A stretch of 64,000 nucleotides of DNA from Camelus dromedarius (taxonomy: Eukaryota): contig NC_087437.1 of NCBI RefSeq assembly GCF_036321535.1, positions 18,602,001-18,666,000 on the forward strand, written 5' to 3'. The notes under the pieces are model-generated. The model did not search any database and was not told the origin of the DNA. It saw only the letters and a list, made by a program, of their open reading frames with translations. Shown piece after piece: positions 54,378-64,000 of the stretch. Made by a program: the position numbers and the translations under genes. Every line of letters starts with the position of its first letter. The first letter of the stretch is position 1.

Positions 54378-56059
54378 CTAGGTTTCAAAAAGATAAACAG
54401 ACCTGAATCTTAAAATATTTAACCTCCTAGTAAGAATGGTCTTGTGTTATTCCACTAAACTGAAGCTGGAACAACTGAAGTAGCTGCTAATGGACATTGA
54501 TGCTCATTATAACGTGCCTTTGCCCTTGTCTTCTTTCCCCTTATCTTTCCTCTTCCTGCTTTTGTTGAAATGTTTAGCTGGGAGTCCAAATCTTTCATTA
54601 TCTATCAATAATTCTGATTCTGGATTCAAAAGTAGAATATTCTAATTGGCAAGGGTACTAAAATGAAGCCCTCTCAGACAGATACCACCAAATACAGAAG
54701 ATAAAGGCAGAGAGAACCGTCACAATTTCACCTGTGACCAAGCCCTCCTTTTCAGAGGCCCATGCTGTGAAATTAATATGCCAATAGTCTGCAGCAGCCT
54801 TTTCCCCACTTACAGGCTGTAACAGGACACAGGTGTGGAACTCCGAGTCACTAGAAAAGACCCAATGCTTCCTAAGTCCAAAGCAGAAGCTGCAATGAGC
54901 TTCAATCAGTCTCATAATACACCTGAAGTAAGACTGTGGGAATAAGAATTGCAGGGAGAAGCAGACGGTTTGTACAAGGCATAGAAAGCCAAGAGAAGAG
55001 ACGCAAAACAGTTTTATCTTCTTGCCCTGTCCAGGTTTCACAAGAACCCTTTGGTAACTTGCCCTTTCTAGGTCTGAAGCCCCTGCAACATGCACCATAC
55101 ATTAAAATGTAATTATTTTTCACTACTTTTTTGGGAACAAGCTAGAAATTAAGCATGGCCAGTAGCTGTTCTTTCTCAAGTGAGTCACATAAAAATCTCT
55201 AATTAGCTTTCTCAAAAGTATCTCACTTTACTGCAATAAATGGAACACACAATGCTTTCAAAGTCTCTATTGTCTATTAAATGCAAAAGCTCTTTTCCAA
55301 AAATATGCCAACATGCTGTTTAACGTTCCTAAGAAGAACTGAATCTACCACAAATAAGGAAACAGAATTGGGATTGGATCTCGTCTCGACCAAATATGTC
55401 TCAGGAGAGGTTATATAAAGGGTCAAACATGACTCTTCCCCTTTGAAGCAGAAGCTGCGGACAAAACCCTAGTCGGCCACCTCTTCCCCAAGGTGGGATA
55501 GAGAAGGCCCAAGTCTACCTGGCAATACCAAAAGTAAGAATTAAACCCCATGCAGAGGATTGAAACCAATGTGGGTAATGCCTACACAGAGCTTAACATT
55601 ACCATGGTTAGAAAATAAAGTAATATAGAAACTCTTCTGTTTGGTCGGTGTTACGGGTCTCCGAGCCTTGCAACAACTCCACCTCGTTGATTTCCTTAAT
55701 AAAATCAAATTAAACTCCGCACAAAGTAAGAGGCCTCCCGACCGTGGAATGAGACTAACAAACCAAAGAAAGGGATACTCACCTAACCCGTCGCGTATCC
55801 CCCACCTTCTGCTCCGAGCTTTCACTAGCCACGCAACCTTCTCAGACACCCTGGCACTGAAAATTTGAGCAGGCTGGCCCTAGTCGACTATCGGGGATGG
55901 ATAAACCAACTACAACTTATCCAAAATCCAGTCTACGCCGGGAATCACTCCAAGCTTCATACTTACTGCCTCGTTTAACCTTCTCAGCCACCATGACAGG
56001 CAAGAATAACCAGCTGTATTCTACAAATGAAGAAACTGAGGCGCTGAGACATTAAATGA

Positions 56060-56750
56060 GAAGCCTAAGATAACAAACGGCGGACTGCCAGAACTCGATT
56101 GCCAGTTCCCCTCCTTATCCTGGGATTTTTAATTGGCGCAAACCCGTCCCAGGCGGCTCCTCTCCGGGGACCCCAGCAAAGGTCAGTTTAACCGCTCGCA
56201 AGGTACAGGTGGGGCCAGTTCCCGGGGCTCCTCAGGGAGGGGCTCTACCCAACGCCTCGGTAAACCCTGAGGGCCGCTCACCTTCCTCAGCCGCCGCCTC
56301 CCTCCAGCAGCGAGCCCAGCTTGTCCGGCTCAGCCGCCTCCGGCCCCGCGTCTGCGACCGTTACCGCCGTGGGAGGCTGGCCAATCGAGCCCGAGAGCGT
56401 CGAGGGACCTGCCTCGCTCAGCCTCTGAACGCCCGGGCGACTGTCTCGGGCTGCCGTCGGAGGCTGGGACTGCCCCGAGTCCTCTGGTTGGCTCCGCTGT
56501 TGGGGGCGGGGCTTACCAGAACGTAGGCGGGAGCGTGCTGCGCGTGCTTTGTCGTCTGCGCGTGCGCACTTCCATTGCAACGAACGCTCTGGCCGCGCAA
56601 GCACTTTATCATTTACCCGGATCCTCTTTTGCAAGGGAAACCAGAAATCCACGTTTGAGGCGATCGGTGAAAGACAGGTCCGGACCACGTGGCAGTCCTC
56701 CACACACATACACATGCGGTGTCTGTGAACTCTTGCTGCGGGGTCTGGTC
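56060..56750. promoter_or_regulatory. CpG-island promoter of CEP70
   Basis: High GC and CpG density against an AT-rich background; CCAAT at ~56381, GC box GGGGCGGGG at ~56502-56511, NRF1-like TGCGCGTGCGCA at 56557-56568; no obvious TATA. Confidence 0.88.
56282..56380 (-). other. CEP70: CEP70 putative non-coding exon 1 (5' end approximate)
   Basis: Lies in the CpG island; strong minus-strand donor AAG|GTGAGC after 56282. The TSS cannot be determined from sequence. Confidence 0.6.
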
Positions 56751-57001
56751 AGCCTGATCTTTGTGTTCCAGACCTGGCTAAGTACTGCATCGCCTGGCAT
56801 TTGGAGGATGCAAATAAGTGTTTGTTGACGTTTTTACCCTCCCATTCAGCATTTTCCAGATCTCCACAAAGTGTCAGGCAATACATCAAGCTCCAGAAAT
56901 GCAAAAGCGTCTGACTGGAGACATTCAAAGTCTAGTTAGGGAGATGGATATATACTCTGAAAGTAAGGTACAGTGTGATAGGCATAATCAGAGAAAGGTG
57001 C

Positions 57002-57461
57002 TGACTAAAACAAAAAACAACAAAAAAACACACACACAACCTAAAAGTTGAGAATTATGCTTTATTCAGCGGACATACTGAAGATTTATGCCCAGGAGAG
57101 CGTCTCTCAGATAGTTCTGAGGGACTGTTCCCAAAAGGTAAGGGAGGGGCCAGGATATATAGGAATTTTGACAAAAATAAAACAGGTGTTGGAACATAAA
57201 AGATTACTGTTAAAGAAAAGCCAGACATCTCAAGTCAATGAATTTAGCACTCTTCTAAGTATGGGAAGATGCAAGAGTTTGGGCTCATTGAAGTTATTCC
57301 TTTGATATGCACCTTAACTGTCTAGGGCCAGTATCTTATCTTCTCCATCCTGAATCTCTTCAGGATGCACATGTGGGTAAGGGGGAGCTGCAATGGCTGA
57401 TGGCTTGAAAGACACGACATCCTTTGTTTACTAATCTGGCAGGCGACATTCTTTGTCCACA
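57002..57461 (-). mobile_element. ERV1-like solo LTR upstream of the CEP70 promoter
   Basis: TG...CA ends, TSD GTGC/GTGT; minus-strand TATATA at ~57155-57160 and AATAAA at 57061-57066. Confidence 0.7.
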
Positions 57462-57524
57462 GTGTGCAGGGCACACAAGAGAAAGCGGAAGATTTACCTC
57501 AGTGGGTCACTGGAGTCTTCCTCA

Positions 57525-57700
57525 ACCAGTAGGTCTCAACCCTGGCTGCACACCAGAATCGCCTACGGAGTTTTGAAAATGAATCTCAGGCCCCAAACCA
57601 ATTAAATCAGAATCTGCCAGGTGGCACCCAGGTGTCAATGGTTTGTAAATCTCCCCCAGGTGATTCCAATGTGCAGCCAAGCCACAAAACTGCAAACCTA
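57525..57700. mobile_element. MER5A-like hAT MITE
   Basis: tctcaaccctggctgcacaccagaatc...caggtgattccaatgtgcagcca. Confidence 0.72.
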
Positions 57701-58159
57701 GAGAGATGCATAAGAAGGATTCTGAATGGTGAACAAGAGTTCCCCAGAAATACATAGAGGAAAGGTATTCAGAGAAAACTTTATGTGCAAATTAAGACAA
57801 TAACTCCAAAACACATTATTAAAATGAGTAGTTCACAAGTGCTCAGTAAATCTTGCTCTTTTTTTTTTTCCCTTTAATTAAACCTGGGCCCCATTGGTAC
57901 AGCTTATATCTGCCCTCCCCAAAAAAACCTAACCCCCAGTGCACTGGCAAATATAATGGGCTTCCTGAGGAACTGAGGAGTGTGTTGCATCGTTGGAGAA
58001 TCAGAGGAAGGCCTTAGCAGGTGTGCTAAGGAGCTGGGACTTTGTCCTGGAGGTGATGGGGAACTATAGATCAGTTTCCAAAAGAAGTATAAAATGGAAA
58101 GGTTTTTGTTTGGGTAGCTTTAATCCTAACTTTCTTGCATCCTCACATATAAGTAAAAA

Positions 58160-58161
<2 letters not shown>

Positions 58162-58196
<35 letters not shown>
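58162..58196 (+). repeat. Poly(A)35 run
   Basis: Read directly from the sequence. Confidence 0.95.
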
Positions 58197-58199
<3 letters not shown>

Positions 58200-60756
58200 C
58201 CATGGTGTACAAATATGATGACTGCTCTTTTTTTTCCCACAAAAGGAAGTCAACTCAATCCTCTGTTTCTCACTTTAATAAATTCAAAATCTAAAAACAG
58301 GTCTCCTGTCCACCATTTTCAAAACCTCATAGCGGGTTAAGTGATCCAAAAATTCCGAACGGAAAATCCAGCTGCCATATACTTGAAGGGAAGGCCGTCG
58401 GCCATTGTCATTGCATCTTATAGCCACACGATGTCGCTGTTTACAACCTGTACTTTCCAATTGGTCAAAGGACGCAGGCTGAGGATAGCAGGTTCCACAA
58501 GGGCCAACAGGGATCTTCTACTGAGGGGTTTAGCCATGGTGTGTCTCACAAAGTGGTCTCAGGGTCACAGCTTTTAGGGTTCAACTTTTAGGCCCACACT
58601 CAGCCTTCTTCCAGGCAGCTAGAGCCACTTTGAATTTTGATCTCTTTGTCTGCCCCATGCAAGTATGTCCTCACCCCACCCCTACCCCCTGCCCTCTCCA
58701 TACTTAGCTATTCACACTAGCAGTGGATTTTCACTTTCAACCCTTGAAACTTAAAGAGTCTCACTGCTTGCCTTTTCCAAGATAATAAGGTGACTTACCC
58801 ACTCTTCTAAAGGTAGCTGCCCTAATTATGGCCAGGAAGCCAAACATCATTGGTCAGTTAGGATTATTTTGGCTGCAAATGACAGAAAACCTGATTTGAA
58901 TTGTCTTCTTAAGCAATAAGGAAATTATCTCACATAACAGGAAATCGAGAGACATACAGACTTTGGGGTCGGTTAATGCAGTGGTTCAACAAGTGATTAA
59001 GGGCCCAGTTTTTCTCTGCTGTAAGCATTGTAGGTTTCAAATTCATATGAAAGTGATGTTCTAGATGTCTGACCAGGAGCAATCAGGATCACATGCTTTC
59101 TTTTCCATCTGAAATCCTTCCTTCTGGGTTTTTGAGCCAATTAGGTCACACAGGCAGGTCCTCTGCCTCTACTCAGTAACTGGCCGGCAAACGTGCAGAT
59201 GATTTAAGTATGGGTCCCAGAAGGGAAAAGGGTGACCATAATTGGAATCAGCAGGGGTTGGGGCCTCCTTGAGTCACGTGGATTGCAAGATGGAAGCATG
59301 GCTACTTGAGTAAAATTGGAGCCCTTGAAGGGGCAAGAGGACAACGGGTGCTAGATGGATGATCACCAGTATCCCTCCCAATCTTCAAAGCACAAAAGAG
59401 GCTGATTATTCTCTAATTCCTAACAACAGAGCCTCCCCCTCATCACTCCTGGATTTTGCATGTAGCAAGTGAAGGGGAGGAACTCTATAGTACTGTCCTC
59501 CAAAGGAATCCCTTCTTATGAACCCCTAAGGACTTTCCAGTACCTCTCTTTACTAGAACAGGAAAGGACTCTGCACACAAGTTCAGTCTTTAGCGCAGCA
59601 TCCTGCTGCACTGGTCTCAAGAGTTTTCTATGGGCCTCACCTACCAGGATTCTAATGGTTCCGAACACTCATTTAACATTCGTTCATTTACAAAAGTTTA
59701 TTAAGCATCTGTTACGTACCAGGGGTTGAACTAGATGCTGAGTTCACAGTGGTGGGTAAACCGGGTGTAGTTCCTGCCCTCATGAAGCTTATAGTATACT
59801 TGGGAAGAGAAATACAAAACAAATACAAATAAGCACATAATTATAAGTGCTATGAAGGAATAGAATAGGGTATGTGGAGGAGGCCTCTCTGAGGAAGTGA
59901 CATTTAAGCAGACATCCAAAGCCTGTCTTCATTCAGCTTACTGCTTTCCTCTGTGCTATGACTTCCCAGTATAAATTACATCCGACATCAGCAAATTAAA
60001 ACAGATCTCTTCATTTCTAAACTTTTAAACTGATTCTCAAAATTCCTTCTGGGTATAGAACTACCAGATTTCTCCCAACAAGGAGTATACCGAATATAAA
60101 TGGCATTTGGTGATGAATTCTTGAAGATTCTTCAACTCACAAGTCTTTTAGACTAAGAATTCTTTATTACAGTAATACATTTGCTCTGCCTCCCCCATGA
60201 GAACCTGAACTTCTGGGAACATGGGTCATACCTCACTAAACTTCTTCCAGCACCTGGCTTAGTCCCTGGTACACAGTAGGTGCTCAATACAGAGTTGAAT
60301 CGCATTGTTAAATTTGAGTCAGATTTATACAGGGGCACGCACCCTCAGTAGCCATTTTCCAATATGAAAGACAAGAAGCAAATAACTCAGGCAAATATAT
60401 TAATAACAAATGCTTAAAGAACCCATACAGAATAATAATAGTTATATTAATTGACCCTTAAAATGTGTCAGGCTCTGGGCTAAGCACTTTCACGTTCTAA
60501 CCTGTTGACTCTTCACAACTTTAATGTAAATACTGTTATTAACTTTACTTTACAAATGATCCAATTAGAAAACAGAAATTTTAAAAATGACTTGCTAAGG
60601 TCACACAGCTAGTATGGCCGAGCCAGGCTCCAGCATTCAGGCTCCACTAACCACTTCATTAACCACTTGACCATAGCACTTCTTACAATGGGCGTGTGCT
60701 CTACCATAAGATTGCTGTACGTACTTATTTCAGCTTGCAATGATTTCATCTGTCTG

Positions 60757-61220
60757 TGTATTAGTTATCTATTGCCACATAACAAGGTACCCCTACTCCT
60801 AGCAGCTTAAAATAAATATTTATTATCTGGAAGTTTCTGTGGCTTAAGAATACAGGAGTGGCCTAGCTGGATGGTCTGGACAAATCTTTCATGAGGGTGC
60901 AGTCAACCTGTTGGCAGGGGCAACAGTCAGCTCAAGGTTCAAGTGGATTGAAGGCTTTATTTCCAAACTCACTCATGTGGTTGTTGGTCGGCCTCAGTTT
61001 GTTCCTTTTCAAGCAGGCCTCCCCACAGGCTGCCTGAGCGTTCACACATGGCAGCAGCTGTCCACAGAGGGAGAGACCAAAGAGAACGTGCGAGCACCTA
61101 AGACAGAAGCTGAAGTCTTTTTTATAATCTAACCTTGGATGTGACATAGCATCGCTTCTAAACGTGGGCAAAACTACACACGGACGTGAATACTAAGAGG
61201 TGAGGATCCTTGCAAATCAT
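60757..61220 (-). mobile_element. MaLR MLT1-type LTR
   Basis: tgtattagttatctattgccacataacaa...gcagcctacc, typical MLT1 termini. Confidence 0.72.
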
Positions 61221-62309
61221 CTTGAAGGCAGCCTACCTCCACCTATCTGCTCATTTTTGTGACTGCCTTCTTAGCGAGAATGTAAACTTCCTGAGTAGGG
61301 GAGAAACTATCACTGCTTCTCACTGTTATATTCCCTGGCAGTGCCTGCCACATAACAGACTGTCAATAAATGCTAAACAAAGGTAATGATGATGGTGATA
61401 TGAATTACAGAGGATGAACTTCCTAGAATCCTGTCTTACCCTCAAACAAATTCTCAGTTGCCTCTTATGGTCATTTAAATCATTTTTAAAAGCAGAACTG
61501 TATCATTCCCAAGAATATGTACCCATGTATATAATTTCTATATAACTATAGAAGATGGACTTGGATGCAAACACACAAAATTCATGAGGATGCTGGCCTT
61601 TGGGGAGGAGAAGAGAGTAATGGTGCTGGGGTTGAAAGTCAAATGGGGCTTTAGCTGCCATGTTTTCTTCTACCGGGATTTTTTTATTGTGCCAATATTT
61701 AATAATGGTCAGTTCTGAGTGGCGGGAATAGGGGTATTATTTTCTGTACTTTTCCGTATTTTTTAAATTTCTCAAAAGAAACTAGATACAAATTCTTAAA
61801 CTCTTAACCAATTGGAACAGGTACCTTAGAATGTTCCTTAGGCACTTAAAAAGCACCTTCCTTTGGTTCTTTCCTCTAAGGGTGTGTCTACAAACCCCAC
61901 CCTCCAGATGACAGACCAAAACCTACTTCTCCTGAAATTGTCAAACTTTTCTGGTTTGAAGTTCTACAAAATCACCTCGGTTTGCTGCTCCTCCACTTTA
62001 TGTGTTTGTGTAGACAGAGCCAGAGCCTCCTTGTGCTGAAGGAGACAGGCCCAAGCAGCAGCAGCCCGGCAGGCAGCAGGAGACTGTGGTTACTGGCACT
62101 CGTTTGGACACATGATCCTCTGAAGCCGGAATCCTGGATCCTGGGCTCGTCTGTAAAGCACTCGTGCCTCTTCCTTTAACACAGAGCCAACAGTCATGCT
62201 GGACCAGTACTGGAAGGGCACATGGAAAGTTTTAAACTGGTAGGTTTCAGATTATGTAACTTTTCCCTTTTGTTTTGCTCTCCATTCATGCTGTTTAATA
62301 AGTTCAGCA

Positions 62310-62446
62310 GGGGAAGATATAGCACAAGTGGTAGAGCACATGCCCTAGCATGCACGAGGTCCTGGGTTCAATCCCCAGAACCTCCTCTGAAAATAAATAA
62401 GTGAACCTAATTGCCCCCCCCAAATTAAATTAAAAAATAAAAAAAA
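62310..62446 (+). mobile_element. tRNA-derived SINE (Vic-1-like)
   Basis: A and B boxes, A-rich tail, imperfect TSD AATAAGTTCAG / AAGAAGTTCAG. Confidence 0.85.
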
Positions 62447-62759
62447 GAAGTTCAGAAAAATCAGTCAATCTGTTAAAAGCCCTCTTTTCTAAAGGAAGCC
62501 CAATGAAAACATGTACTATTGTGAATGAAAGCATTTTGAGCGGCTATCTTAAAATAAATCACTGATGTCTATGGGCATGTTGGTGAGAGGCAGCTTAAGA
62601 GGTTGGAACAGCATCCAAGTACTTCCTGGGAAACAAGGAAACATGAGAGTGGAAGTAAACTCAAAAGCAGGATCAGCTCAGGTAAGTAAGTTTTGTACCC
62701 AAGTTCAGTACCTTTCACAGTGTTTTGTTCAGACCTGACTTCTTTCCATAGCAATCCTG

Positions 62760-63475
62760 TTTGATAACAAGTGACTACTCTTACCTCTAGTGTCCTGGGC
62801 CCAGGGAATGTGCAGGTAGAAAATACAGCTGAAAGTGGTATGTTTCTTAATTCCAGGTATCCCAGAAACAATACCCAAAGAGGAAACAGTGGCACAGAGC
62901 AAGCCAACTCTCAGAAGACCTTGAGGCCCAAGAAGACGGGAGATTTGACCTCCAGTAGACCTTGAGCTTCATTATATGCTCATTATAATGTATTAACATG
63001 GTGAATGACACACCCACAGGCGCCATGATGGTTCGAAGACTGACCATGAAAGGTTAAAGAGAGGGTGGTGGTCCAGTTCCTGGGAATCCCCACCCCTTCC
63101 CCAAAGTAGCTGGAATAAACCTCTTAGTTGTTAGAATACAAAACTAGCAATACTACGCTTCTCGGCGTTTCTTGCTCCCTTACCTTCCAAGGCAACCCAC
63201 ACACTATCAATGGAGCATGTATCTACTTTTACTTTAAACGAAACACCCAACCTTACACCTCTTGTCCTTTCTGTTACCTTCTAAGATGGCCTGCGCTCTT
63301 GTTTGCGGAGCGTACATCTTTCTAAATAAATCTACTTTTACTCATCTATGGCTCCCTCTTGAATTCTTCCCTGCACTGAAGTCAAGGACCCTCACTTTGC
63401 TGGGTGCATCCCAGGGACTCAACTGAGACCTGGGACATGGCCATCCTCTCACGCCCCATTTATTTTCCTGTATCA
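62760..63475 (+). mobile_element. ERV1-like LTR (left boundary uncertain)
   Basis: AATAAA at ~63325 followed by U5-like ctcttgaattcttccctgcactgaagtcaaggacc; ends ...cctgtatca. Confidence 0.6.
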
Positions 63476-63779
63476 CTTGCACACCTGAAAGGAAGTGAGA
63501 CAGAATTCCAGGTGCTGCAAGTCTTCGGGCCCGGGAAATTTTCCTTAAGAAATGATATTTGAAGAACAATCTCAACAGTGGAAGTTAACTAAGGGAAGAG
63601 GCAGGAAGGAGGTTCCAGGCAGAGGGAAGATCATCTGCAGAGACCCTGGGGTGAGAAAGACCTTGCGTCATTTGAGAATCTAAATGAAGTCAGGGGAGAC
63701 AGGAGCAACATCAGAAAGGGGCCTCACGCCCACCCAAAGGAGTTTTGGTCTTTAAACTAAAGAAGCGTCTACCTAGTTT

Positions 63780-64000
63780 CAAGGAGGGAACGCCCCCAAT
63801 CCGATTTCCTTACACCACGGCTTCAGAGCAGACAGGGTCTGGTTTTGCCCACCTGATTCTCCCCCAGCGTCAGGCCAGAGACGCCTCTCAGCTGGTTCTT
63901 ACCTACGGCTCCCGGGAGGGGTGAGGAAGGGCCTCCGCAGAGAGCGCAGAGCCGGCCGCGGGGGCAGCGGGCGGGGGTTGGGTGGCTTGCGCTGCGCGAG
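63780..64000. promoter_or_regulatory. Left edge of a second CpG island (neighbouring gene promoter, possibly FAIM)
   Basis: GC and CpG rise sharply at the window end; CCAAT at ~63796. Gene identity comes only from recalled human synteny. Confidence 0.55.

Noticed and set aside
54658..55098. 146-aa minus-strand ORF in intron 1
   Set aside because: No recognisable homology, and it does not fit the CEP70 exon chain.
56209..56828. Overlapping ORFs in the CpG island
   Set aside because: Expected from stop-codon scarcity in GC-rich DNA; no recognisable protein.

Overview
AT-rich mammalian genomic DNA, probably from a camelid (inferred from seven copies of a Vic-1-like tRNA-derived SINE). The window holds the 5' part of CEP70 (centrosomal protein of 70 kDa) on the minus strand: a CpG-island promoter with non-coding exon 1 (~56.3 kb) and 14 further exons (54377 down to 60). 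All use GT-AG junctions, are phase-compatible, and give 1597 nt of uninterrupted CDS (532 codons + 1 nt); the gene continues past the left edge. The introns are mostly transposon relics: a near-full-length old L1 with younger nested insertions, L1 3' ends, ERV1-like solo LTRs, MLT/ERVL, L2, MIR and DNA-transposon MITEs. A second CpG island begins at the right edge (possibly the FAIM promoter, by recalled human synteny). I found no convincing novel biological system. The most notable points are a non-human-type CEP70 N-terminus with three uORFs and two 'MTE' starts, an L1 insertion with a 108-bp target-site duplication, and a solo LTR pointing into the CEP70 promoter. Repeat family names and human CEP70 comparisons come from memory and were not database-checked.
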